NCBI GenBank assembly: GCA_002722135.1
Contig: PBKJ01000027.1
Span: 6,968-70,967 of the forward strand
Reading direction: 5' to 3'
From: Methanobacteriota archaeon
GTDB lineage: Archaea; Thermoplasmatota; Poseidoniia; Poseidoniales; Poseidoniaceae
Length of the DNA: 64,000 bases
Made by a program: the position numbers and the translations under genes. The notes under the pieces were generated by a model that worked only from the letters and a program-made list of their open reading frames with translations, was not told the origin of the DNA and searched no databases. Positions within the stretch are counted from its first letter, which is position 1, and each line of letters opens with the position of its first letter. Positions 36,807-45,533 of the stretch are shown one piece after another.

Positions 36807-38279
36807 TCAGGACTCCTTGATGGCGTTGTTCAACTCGGTCATCATTTTCTTCCCGTCGCCGAACAGCATCATGGTTTTGTCCATGTAAAACAGGTCGTTG
36901 TCGACTCCTGCGTAGCCCACAGACAAAGACCGCTTGACGATGACGATGGTGCGCGCCATGTCAACGTCCAAGATTGGCATGCCAGCCAGCGGCCCTTCGT
37001 CGGAGCGTGCGGCGGGGTTCGTGGTGTCGTTGGCACCGATGACCAAGGCCACGTCGGCTTCGGGGAATTCGGAGTTGATCTCGTCCATCTCGATGAGCTG
37101 TTCGTAGGGGACGTTGGCTTCGGCGAGCAGGACGTTCATGTGACCGGGCATTCGACCGGCGACCGGGTGGATGGCGTACTTGACCTCCGTGTCGTACTTC
37201 TCAGCGACAAGGTCAGCGAATTCCTTGACTTGATGCTGACACTGGGACACGGCCATGCCGTAGCCAGGGACGATGATGACCTTCTGGGCACCGTCGATCA
37301 TCATCGCCACTTCATCGGCATCCGAACCGACCTTCGTTCGCGTCACGGTTTCTTTGTCGGTTCCGCCAAAGGACGTGAAGAGGACGTTCGCGAGGGTGCG
37401 GTTCATCGCCTTGCACATGATGAAGGTCAGGATGAGGCCGCTGGCACCCACGAGCGAACCGGCGACGATGAGCACGCTGTTGCCGATGATGAACCCAGTG
37501 AACGCTGCTGCAATGCCTGAGAGGGAGTTCAGGAGGCTGACCACCACGGGCATGTCCGCACCGCCAATGGGCAACACGAGAACGATGCCAAGGAGGCAAG
37601 ACAAACCGATGACACCCCAAAGGTAGTTCGTGTTGGTCGGTTCTCCAAGTTGGAGGAAAATCAACGCAAACACACCGATGAGCATGAGCACCTTGACGCC
37701 GTTGAGCCAAGATGGCCCCCACGTGGGCGTGCGGATCCACTTTCCGAAGAGTTCGATGCCTCCCTTCAGTTTGTACATCGCCAAGATGCTCCCCGTCAAG
37801 GTCACCCAACCGACCAGCGCCGAGAGACCGGCGGCGAGGACCGTCACTTGCAGTTCAAGTCCGTCAGGGACGGTGCTTGCGTCATCCAGCCAGCGCCATG
37901 TCTCGGACAGCGCCACGAGCGCGGACGCTGCTCCGCCAAACCCGTTGAACAGCGCCACCATTTCCGGCATACCGGTCATTTCAACGCGCACGGCCATGAT
38001 GTATCCAATACCACCGCCGAGGAGGATGCCGCCGGCGATGAGCGCCCACTCGATCCCGGTGGTGAACCCCATCTGCAACACCGTCGTGAGGACAGCAACG
38101 AGCATCCCCATGGCGCCGTAGAGGTTCCCAGTGGGAGCCGTGCGCGGATGTCCGAGTTTCTTCAGGCCGAAAATAAACAGCGCAGCGGAGACCACGTACC
38201 CGAGGTTGATCCACGCTGCGGAGGACCCGAGGTCAATCCAAGGCTCCATTTCAGGCACCTCCTCGCTTCTTTCCAGCAA
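36807..38279 (-). CDS. pntB: NAD(P) transhydrogenase subunit beta
   Basis: An N-terminal 9-TM domain and a C-terminal NADP(H)-binding dIII domain (GYGMAVSQCQH...VIGANDTTNPAA). Confidence 0.85.
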   Translation of the reverse strand: MLERSEEVPEMEPWIDLGSSAAWINLGYVVSAALFIFGLKKLGHPRTAPTGNLYGAMGMLVAVLTTVLQMGFTTGIEWALIAGGILLGGGIGYIMAVRVEMTGMPEMVALFNGFGGAASALVALSETWRWLDDASTVPDGLELQVTVLAAGLSALVGWVTLTGSILAMYKLKGGIELFGKWIRTPTWGPSWLNGVKVLMLIGVFALIFLQLGEPTNTNYLWGVIGLSCLLGIVLVLPIGGADMPVVVSLLNSLSGIAAAFTGFIIGNSVLIVAGSLVGASGLILTFIMCKAMNRTLANVLFTSFGGTDKETVTRTKVGSDADEVAMMIDGAQKVIIVPGYGMAVSQCQHQVKEFADLVAEKYDTEVKYAIHPVAGRMPGHMNVLLAEANVPYEQLIEMDEINSEFPEADVALVIGANDTTNPAARSDEGPLAGMPILDVDMARTIVIVKRSLSVGYAGVDNDLFYMDKTMMLFGDGKKMMTELNNAIKES

Positions 38280-38562
38280 TCATGCTCAGCATCCTGTTGG
38301 TGACCGCGAAGCCACCAACGACGTTGATCATCGCAAGGGTGAGCGCCACAAAGGCAAGAAGACCCGACACCGCCGTGTTTCCGCCGTCGAACGCGACGTT
38401 TGCCCCGATGAGGGCGCCGACGATGCTGATGCCAGAGATGGCGTTCGCGCCGGACATCAGCGGTGTGTGCAAGGTGGCAGGCACCTTGGTGATGAGCTCA
38501 AACCCAAGGAAAATCGAGAGGACAAACAAGGTGATGCTGGCAATGAGGGTTTCAGGCGTCAT
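38251..38562 (-). CDS. pntA: NAD(P) transhydrogenase subunit alpha part 2 (membrane)
   Basis: A ~100-aa protein with 3 TM helices between the alpha-1 and beta genes, as in split archaeal pntAA/pntAB/pntB. The start was set at MTPETLIASITLFVL. Confidence 0.75.
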   Translation of the reverse strand: MTPETLIASITLFVLSIFLGFELITKVPATLHTPLMSGANAISGISIVGALIGANVAFDGGNTAVSGLLAFVALTLAMINVVGGFAVTNRMLSMIAGKKRGGA

Positions 38563-39731
38563 GCGACCACCTCCGCGAGCCGGCTTTGTTTTGGATGAAT
38601 GGCCCCATCTTTGCAAATGAGCACGCCACCCATGCCGGGAACGTGGAAATCGCTTCCATCAGGAGCACCGACGAGGATGTCATCTTCTTCGGACACCACC
38701 ACCTCGCCTTCGCTGACCAACGAACACATGAACGTGGTCAGGTTGTTCGAGTAGAGCATCGAGGCCGTGGTCGCCAAGGTGCCTGGAAGGTTGCTCGTGC
38801 CCACGACAATGACGCCGTTGTCCGTGGTCACGACATCACCGGCGACGGTGGACTCACAGTTCCCACCGACATCGGCGTTCATGTCAACAATCACCGAACC
38901 TCGCTTGAAGTTCGCAACTGCAGAAGCGGGAACGGTGATGGGGGCCGGTCGGCCAAAGATGCGTGCCGTTGTGATCACGATGTCGGCATCCGCGGCCACA
39001 CCGCAGACCGTGTCGTTGACCTTCTGAATGAATTCAGGGGTGAGCGGCTTTGCGTACCCGGATGCGTCTTCGAAGTCGTCCATGCCGTCGACTTCGATGA
39101 ACCGACCTCCGACGGACTCAATCTGCTCTGCGGCTGACTTGCGCACGTCAGAGGCATACACAACAGCACCGAGCCGCTTGGCGGTCGCGATGGCTTGGAG
39201 GCCGGCTACGCCGGACCCCATCACGACGACTTTTGCGGGACGGACGGTCCCGGCTGACGTGGTCATCATGGGGATGCCCTTTGGCACGTGAGCAGCGCCG
39301 AGGAGGACGGCTTTGTATCCCGCAAGGTTGTCTTGGCTTGAGTTCACGTCCATCGACTGTGCGCGCGAGAGCCTGCGTGGAATCATGTCCATGGACATGA
39401 GGGTCACGCCTGCGTCCATGCAGGCCTTGACGCGGTCTGGATGACGGAAGGGGTCCGCAACACAGACCACATTCGTACCCGCTGCAAGCCCATCGATGCC
39501 CGGGAATCCAACGGCGAGGATGTGCGGACATGCGAGCACCTCATCGCGGCTACCGATGCTCGCACCGGCGTCGATGTAGGCCTGATCGTCGTGGCTTGAT
39601 GCAAGCCCAGCACCGCTCTCCACGACGACCTCAAAGCCTGCCTTGGTCAGTTTACGTAGGCTCGACGGCACAATGGCCACACGTGTTTCTTGGTCCGATT
39701 CTTTGACGACACCAATGCGCATTTGGAGCAC
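38559..39731 (-). CDS. pntA: NAD(P) transhydrogenase subunit alpha part 1 (dI, alanine-dehydrogenase-like)
   Basis: MRIGVVKE... N-terminus and an AlaDH/PNT Rossmann domain (VVVMGSGVAGLQAIATAKRLGA). Confidence 0.85.
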   Translation of the reverse strand: MLQMRIGVVKESDQETRVAIVPSSLRKLTKAGFEVVVESGAGLASSHDDQAYIDAGASIGSRDEVLACPHILAVGFPGIDGLAAGTNVVCVADPFRHPDRVKACMDAGVTLMSMDMIPRRLSRAQSMDVNSSQDNLAGYKAVLLGAAHVPKGIPMMTTSAGTVRPAKVVVMGSGVAGLQAIATAKRLGAVVYASDVRKSAAEQIESVGGRFIEVDGMDDFEDASGYAKPLTPEFIQKVNDTVCGVAADADIVITTARIFGRPAPITVPASAVANFKRGSVIVDMNADVGGNCESTVAGDVVTTDNGVIVVGTSNLPGTLATTASMLYSNNLTTFMCSLVSEGEVVVSEEDDILVGAPDGSDFHVPGMGGVLICKDGAIHPKQSRLAEVVA

Positions 39732-39852
39732 CTCCGCTGGAGCGGTGATTCAACCCAACGGAAGCGGGTTCTTCAACACCACGGAACGCGCTTGAGGTGT
39801 CGTGACCGCGACTTTATGGGTCGTGTCCCGAACGGTGGTTTAGGTCGAGCAC

Positions 39853-40791
39853 ATGGCGAACGGGCGAAGGAAAATTGCGGTCATTGGAGCAGGAAATGTT
39901 GGAGCGACGTGCGCCTTCGTTCTTGCACAGATGAAAATCGCCGATATCGTGCTGCTTGACATCTTCGAAGGCTTCGCGAAGGGAAAGGCTCTGGACATGT
40001 CAGAGAACGCTACCGTGCTCAACTACGACGGACGCATCACCGGCACCGCATCCTACGAAGACATCGCCGGCTCTGACGTGGTGGTCGTCACGTCTGGCTT
40101 CCCTCGCAAGCCGGGGATGACCCGTGAGGATCTCATCGGGAAGAACGCAGACATCATCAGCCAGGTGGGTGCGGGCATTCGCGACCATGCACCCGATGCC
40201 GTGGTCATCGTGGTCACCAACCCTCTGGACCTCATGACGTACCACATGCAGAAGGTCACAGGATTCCCCCACGAGCGCGTGATTGGCCAAGCCGGCGTTT
40301 TGGATTCTGCTCGAATGGCTCACTTCATCGCGCTCGAATTGAACTGTGCGGAGGAGGACGTTTCCCCCATGGTGCTCGGTGGCCACGGCGACACCATGGT
40401 TCCACTGCCACGCTACACCACCGTGGGTGGCATCCCGATCACCCAACTGATGCCGGAAGACAGGATCGCCGCGATTTCCGAGCGCACGGCGAAGGGCGGC
40501 GGTGAAATTGTCGCCCTCCTGGAAAAAGGCTCAGCCTTCTACGCGCCTGGGTCCGCTGCGGCCATCATGGCCGAAGCCGTGCTCAACGACCGTCGTCGCC
40601 TCATTCCTGCCTCATGCCATCTGACCGGCCAGTACGGGCTCGACAACGTCTACATCGGCGTGCCGTGCATCGTCGGTGCCAACGGTGTTGAGCAGATCTT
40701 TGAGCTCGACTTGCTCGACCATGAACTGGAATCCTTGCAAACATCAGGAAATTTCTACAAGGGTCAGCTGACCGATGTGTTGGGTTACTGA
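39853..40791 (+). CDS. mdh: Malate dehydrogenase (LDH-like type)
   Basis: KIAVIGAGNVGATCAF, the substrate-specificity Arg region and VTNPLD. It is 312 aa. Confidence 0.9.
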   Translation: MANGRRKIAVIGAGNVGATCAFVLAQMKIADIVLLDIFEGFAKGKALDMSENATVLNYDGRITGTASYEDIAGSDVVVVTSGFPRKPGMTREDLIGKNADIISQVGAGIRDHAPDAVVIVVTNPLDLMTYHMQKVTGFPHERVIGQAGVLDSARMAHFIALELNCAEEDVSPMVLGGHGDTMVPLPRYTTVGGIPITQLMPEDRIAAISERTAKGGGEIVALLEKGSAFYAPGSAAAIMAEAVLNDRRRLIPASCHLTGQYGLDNVYIGVPCIVGANGVEQIFELDLLDHELESLQTSGNFYKGQLTDVLGY

Positions 40792-41498
40792 ACCTCACGT
40801 GTGCGGACGATGGCCAGGGACCTCCCTTCGTGTGAGGTTGTGATGCGGTCCTCCGGAAGGTCCTCGGTTGACCCCTGGACCAAAACCCAACCTGTTTTTC
40901 CCCTGCTTCGCATGCGTGTCAGGACTTCTTGGCCGAGGTAGCACCCTTTGTTTTCATGCACCAAGGATTCCAATCCGCATGCGTAGGGGTGGTGCTTCGA
41001 CGTGATTTCGAACCCCACCTCCGGCCACCGGTTGGCGACCCGCCACGCGGTCCACGCATCGGGGTTTTGCGCATGAGCCACTTTGCTTGATCCAGCGACA
41101 ACCAAGATGGTCAAGTCGTCATGAACACGCGCGCTGGTGACCCCTTCCTCCGTGTACCATGTCCCAGAGGGTGGTCCACGTGATCCCGTGCGGTACACCA
41201 CGTGATTCCTGTCGCTCAAATCCAGCATGGCCACGTCTTGACCAAGTTGTCGTGGCGTCAGGTGGTCGAGCAGGGCCTGCCAGCGTTCACGGTGAACCAA
41301 GAGCACAATGCCCTCTTCCCGGACCATCACCGTGGCGACCGCGATTACCTTCGCCGCCCGATCGGTGAACACGGTCCGTAATGCCGTGCCGGGAGTGTTC
41401 GGGATGTGATTGGTGCTCAGGCCATCAATGAACGAAACGGCATCACGGCCTCGTACGAAAAGGACGCCAACATCGGGGCGGAAATGGCTGAATGACAT
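40785..41498 (-). CDS. ygfZ: YgfZ/Iba57-family folate-binding Fe-S cluster assembly factor
   Basis: An aminomethyltransferase-like fold with the family signature K-G-C-Y-L-G-Q-E near the C-terminus. Confidence 0.75.
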   Translation of the reverse strand: MSFSHFRPDVGVLFVRGRDAVSFIDGLSTNHIPNTPGTALRTVFTDRAAKVIAVATVMVREEGIVLLVHRERWQALLDHLTPRQLGQDVAMLDLSDRNHVVYRTGSRGPPSGTWYTEEGVTSARVHDDLTILVVAGSSKVAHAQNPDAWTAWRVANRWPEVGFEITSKHHPYACGLESLVHENKGCYLGQEVLTRMRSRGKTGWVLVQGSTEDLPEDRITTSHEGRSLAIVRTREVQ

Positions 41499-41504
41499 CC
41501 TGAA

Positions 41505-41885
41505 TCAGCCGAAGGATTCGCCACAGCCGCATGTGCTTCCTGCATTTGGATTGTTGATCTTGAACCCGCCACCCATCAACCGGTCTTCGTAATCGATTTC
41601 GATGCCGTCCAAGAGGTGGCTCGATGCATTGGGGACCTGGACGTTGATGCCCATGATCTCCAAGCTCTGGCAGTCAGGTTCCGATCCCTCGATGATTTGC
41701 AGGTCGTACATGTAGCCCGAGCAACCGCCAGAAAGGACGCCCACGAGAAGCGATTGCCCCTCAGTGTCGCCAAAAGCATCACTCAGCATGGCGCGTGCTT
41801 TGTCGGTGATGGTGAGGCTGACGTTGACGGGGGCCGGGGCCTCCACAACAACGGCGGGCGCTGAGTCACACGTTCCACAGTCCAT
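41505..41885 (-). CDS. A-type Fe-S cluster carrier (IscA/SufA/ErpA family)
   Basis: The C-terminal CGCGESF motif plus an upstream Cys (GGCSGY) give the three conserved cysteines. The start was moved to the internal Met to avoid a 51-nt overlap with the upstream TPR gene. Confidence 0.75.
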   Translation of the reverse strand: MDCGTCDSAPAVVVEAPAPVNVSLTITDKARAMLSDAFGDTEGQSLLVGVLSGGCSGYMYDLQIIEGSEPDCQSLEIMGINVQVPNASSHLLDGIEIDYEDRLMGGGFKINNPNAGSTCGCGESFG

Positions 41886-41923
41886 GGTGGGGCCAAACGG
41901 TCCTCGTTCATCAACCTGTGGCG

Positions 41924-44062
41924 TCAACGGCGTTTCGCCGCACGCTTTTCCTTCTCCTTGCGAAGGATCTTGCAACGTCGAATTTGCTCTTTTGCAAGCG
42001 CTATTTCATCTGGGGTCAACCCACGGGATTCGCCTTGTTCGAAGCACTTGATGGCGTCATCGTAGCGCTCCATTTCAGCGTAGGCAACGCCCATGTTGTA
42101 GAGGGTCTGGCCTCGAACTTGTGCCGGTCGAATCATCATCGCTTGGTAGTAGGCGTCCACGCACTTCGGATAGTCTTCCATGTAGTAGTAGCAATTGCCT
42201 CTCGCGTTGAGCACGAGGATCACTTTCTCTTCATCATCGGCCAACAAACTCAGTGATTTGTCGAAACATGAGAGCGCCTCGCGGTATTTCTTGTCCTCAA
42301 GGAGTTGTGTGCCACGATTAAACCACTCTCGGCCTTGTTGTGCATCCTGCTCCGGCGTAGTGGTCCTTGACGGAGCGGCGATGTTTGAGGTGGCCTCCAA
42401 TGCGGCGGCAGCAAGGTCCACCTCTGGGTTCAGTGTTGGCTCAGTTTGCATTGGCTCGGGGACGGGCGCCGCGAGCAGCAAGGATGCGGCAGAGTCAATG
42501 TCTTCCGACGCTTCATTTTCGGTTGAGCTTTGGAATTCTGGTGCGGGGGTCAGATCGATGACCCCGGGCGTCGCTGCATCTTCGGTCGATGGCTCGTCGG
42601 CCACTGGCGTCATGCTCTGCTCCGTGCTTGAGGTCGTCATCTGTTGGGCTCGTGCATGGCACTTTGCGGCTTTCTCCAATTCGCCCGCCGCTTCGAGGGC
42701 TCTGGCCATCCCGGTCCAAGCGGACCCGTCCGCACTGTCCTTCGTCACTTCTGCCTTCCACAAGCCGATGGCTTCGAGGTGCTGAAGTTGCAAACTGTGG
42801 GCCCGGGCCCTCAGCCGAGGAGCGTCGTTGGCCAAGAGCAGAATGACTTGCGCACCGAGTTCTGGGGCTTCTGGTAGCGTCGGTGGCTGGTCCGGGAGGT
42901 GCTCGAGGGCCGTCACTTCCCCTTCGCCAAGGTCGAGCATCCATGCAGCCAACGCAACGCGGTCATCTGTCTGCGCCTCCGGTCCAAGTCGCGTCATGGC
43001 TTCTTCGAACCACACATCTGGATGTTCATTTCGGCTCAACAGGGGCCAGCGTCGCGCAGCGACTTCGTCGCTAGCACCGCATTCGAGGGCCTTCGTGTAG
43101 GCTTCGATGGCGGCATTGGTTTCTCCCTTTGCAGCGTGCACGTCACCCACCAGCACCCAACCTTCAGGGCGTTGGTCATCGATGCGGATGCTGTGTTGCG
43201 CTGCGCCAAGCGCGTGATCCTCCAGGTTCAATCGATGCATGGCGGTCGCTGCCGTAATCCACGCCTCGATGTCTTCTGCACCGTCCGTTCTGAGTCGATC
43301 TCGCAGCAGCCCGATGGCGGCTTTCGGATGACCGGCGTCGAGTTCACCCTTCGCTTGGTTGACGAGATCCTCCAGCGTTGGCTGATGGTGTTCAGGTTCT
43401 GCGACGATGGGTGGTGCTTCAACCGGTGAAGGCGTAGCGTCCGCATCGTCCTCCACCATGGTTTCCTGCACGTGTTGTTGAGCGGCGACCACGCTCGCAG
43501 CCCGCTCCAGCTCTTCCTGGTCGAGGACTCCGTCACCGTCCGTGTCGTGGTGCGACGATTCTTCCAGCACAGCTTGGGCGTCCGTCACGCCCGCTTTGTC
43601 CATGGCCTTCGTGAGATGTTCATCTTCCCACGTCGCGGTGGGTGTCGGACGCTGGACAGGCAAGTCTGGCTCCACGGTTTGCCCGGTCTGACAGCGTCGT
43701 CGAATGTCGAGCAGTTCCGGGTGATCTGGGTAGTGGGTCAACGCCCTGGTCGCCATTGCGCCGGCACCTTCGGCATCGCCCATCCGCTCCAGCAACACGG
43801 CCAAGTTCGCCGTGGCTGGTGCATGGTCCGGTTCAAGGTCCAAACAAATCGTAAACGACTGCTTTGCTCCCTTTGCATCCCTTTGGCCCTCGAGCAGCAC
43901 GCCTCGGTTGTACCATGCCATGGAACTTGAGGGGTCCATCGCGATGGCCCGGTTGAAGCGGTCGAGGGCCTCACCGTATTTCCTGCCACGGGACAAGGCT
44001 TCGCCTTCCCTCAACAAATCGCTGACGTCGGGCGCTTCAACGACCACTTCAGACTCCGTCAT
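41924..44062 (-). CDS. TPR-repeat protein with an acidic central linker
   Basis: TPR motifs at both ends (WYNRGVLLEGQ..., ...AYAEMERYDDAIKCFEQ) and a low-complexity Asp/Glu/Ala-rich centre. Confidence 0.6.
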   Translation of the reverse strand: MTESEVVVEAPDVSDLLREGEALSRGRKYGEALDRFNRAIAMDPSSSMAWYNRGVLLEGQRDAKGAKQSFTICLDLEPDHAPATANLAVLLERMGDAEGAGAMATRALTHYPDHPELLDIRRRCQTGQTVEPDLPVQRPTPTATWEDEHLTKAMDKAGVTDAQAVLEESSHHDTDGDGVLDQEELERAASVVAAQQHVQETMVEDDADATPSPVEAPPIVAEPEHHQPTLEDLVNQAKGELDAGHPKAAIGLLRDRLRTDGAEDIEAWITAATAMHRLNLEDHALGAAQHSIRIDDQRPEGWVLVGDVHAAKGETNAAIEAYTKALECGASDEVAARRWPLLSRNEHPDVWFEEAMTRLGPEAQTDDRVALAAWMLDLGEGEVTALEHLPDQPPTLPEAPELGAQVILLLANDAPRLRARAHSLQLQHLEAIGLWKAEVTKDSADGSAWTGMARALEAAGELEKAAKCHARAQQMTTSSTEQSMTPVADEPSTEDAATPGVIDLTPAPEFQSSTENEASEDIDSAASLLLAAPVPEPMQTEPTLNPEVDLAAAALEATSNIAAPSRTTTPEQDAQQGREWFNRGTQLLEDKKYREALSCFDKSLSLLADDEEKVILVLNARGNCYYYMEDYPKCVDAYYQAMMIRPAQVRGQTLYNMGVAYAEMERYDDAIKCFEQGESRGLTPDEIALAKEQIRRCKILRKEKEKRAAKRR

Positions 44063-44131
44063 CGTGTGCTTCCTGTTCGTTCCGAGGATAAGGATTGTTG
44101 CTTTGTGGTCGAGTCGGAGGGTTCCTCAATC

Positions 44132-44881
44132 ATGGCCCTATCCGCAAGCATGGTCGAACTGCCCGGGCCGCATGGTCTGTATTTCATCGACCTTCTCCCG
44201 GGCGATTATCTCCGCGGTTGTCCGCCCTCGCAGGGCCGTCGTGACGAGGGCCCACCCAAGCCGTGCGCGATCCATGAACCATACGCGCTGAGCGCAAGGC
44301 CGGTCACTCAGCAGCAATGGGAACTGGTCATGGGGCACAATCCGTCAAAGTTTACCGACGGCTGGACGGCCGGCCTTCGGCCTGTCGACTCCGTATCGCG
44401 GGACGATGTCGCTTCATTTGTTGCCCGTCTCAACGCAGCAACGGCAGGCATGTTGGGTGACCGGAAAGGGGAATACCGCCTCCCAAGCGAGGCCGAGTGG
44501 GAATATGCCGCACGGGCAGGAACCCAAGGCCGGTGGTGGTTCGGAGATGCAGACACAGATCTTGACGGCTATGCATGGCATGCAGGAAACGCCGGCGGCG
44601 TCACCCGTGAAGTCGGGCAAAAGGGTGCGAACCCTTGGGGGTTCCAAGACATGGCAGGAAACGTTGCTGAGTGGTGTGCAGACGGTTATGCTCCCTCTCT
44701 TGACGAACGCCACGGCCGACAAGCACCGGTGTTGACATCGGATGAGCGCGGTGTTTTGCGCGGAGGTGCATGGTACATGGAATCAGATTCCACACGTTGC
44801 GCATCCCGGCACAGCGCCTCTCCATCTGCCCGCAAGGACGGTTTTGGTTTCCGTTTGGCATGGCAACCTCATGACCACTGA
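44132..44881 (+). CDS. FGE-sulfatase-domain protein (formylglycine-generating-enzyme / COG1262 family)
   Basis: RLPSEAEWEYAARAG...YAWHAGNAGG...GFQDMAGNVAEWCADGY...GVLRGGAWY is the typical FGE/SUMF1 fold pattern. The start was set at MALSAS so that a divergent intergenic region remains. Confidence 0.7.
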   Translation: MALSASMVELPGPHGLYFIDLLPGDYLRGCPPSQGRRDEGPPKPCAIHEPYALSARPVTQQQWELVMGHNPSKFTDGWTAGLRPVDSVSRDDVASFVARLNAATAGMLGDRKGEYRLPSEAEWEYAARAGTQGRWWFGDADTDLDGYAWHAGNAGGVTREVGQKGANPWGFQDMAGNVAEWCADGYAPSLDERHGRQAPVLTSDERGVLRGGAWYMESDSTRCASRHSASPSARKDGFGFRLAWQPHDH

Positions 44882-45501
44882 TCCATGTCCGCTTCTCGTC
44901 GTTCGAGGTTCTGTTCAGGCGGCACGGCGCCCGGTTCGGTTGACCACGGGACATCTCCTGAGCTTGGGAGGAGTTTCATCACGCCGAGCGCAACAAAGCC
45001 ACGGATGGCGGCTGTGCTGCGTTCGACCACGGGTGTGGCTTCCTCTTCGTATGCGGCGTTGAGGTGGTGAACGATGGTCTGGAAGTCACGCGTTCCGTCC
45101 GACAACTCCCAAATCAGGCTGTTCATCGGATCGAGCGGCCTCCTCACTTCATTCGGGGCTCTGAGAATCTTCGCAAGGAGACGCTCAAATCGATTGAATC
45201 GCTTCTCGATCCTGAGCACGACGTTGCGGCCTGTGTGCACCTCGACATCACATCGTTTTCCAACGTCCCCTTTCCATCCCCACCAAACGGGTGTTCGTAC
45301 GGGGTGGAGTCCGTTCAACGGATGCTCCTCAGGAACGACCACGTCGACCGTCATGGCTTCCACGTCCAATAGAGCAGTGCAAGCATGGACACGATTCCAG
45401 CGGCCGCAGAAAGTCGAACCAACCCCCGCCGGCCCTCGAGACGGTCCAACCACCAGGTCAGGGTACCAAAGACACCCACCGAGGTCATCAGAAAAGCCCA
45501 T
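44869..45501 (-). CDS. PqqD-like (RiPP-recognition-element-type) domain protein with an N-terminal Cys/Trp-rich extension
   Basis: The C-terminal ...RRPLDPMNSLIWELSDGTRDFQTIVHHLNAAYEEEATPVVERSTAAIRGFVALGVMKLL matches the PqqD consensus (LN.ta..IWeLlDG.rt..eIv..L..eY.v.......dv..fl..L...Gll). It lies 33 nt downstream of the giant surface-protein gene on the same strand. Confidence 0.5.
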   Translation of the reverse strand: MGFSDDLGGCLWYPDLVVGPSRGPAGVGSTFCGRWNRVHACTALLDVEAMTVDVVVPEEHPLNGLHPVRTPVWWGWKGDVGKRCDVEVHTGRNVVLRIEKRFNRFERLLAKILRAPNEVRRPLDPMNSLIWELSDGTRDFQTIVHHLNAAYEEEATPVVERSTAAIRGFVALGVMKLLPSSGDVPWSTEPGAVPPEQNLERREADMDQWS

Positions 45502-45533
45502 GTCGTTTCTTCAGACATTGCAGGGACTCCAGT

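Noticed and set aside
44066-44131. The upstream start (44066) for the FGE-like gene given by the ORF track.
   Set aside because: It would leave only 3 nt between two divergently transcribed genes. The Met at 44132 leaves a ~70-nt divergent promoter region.
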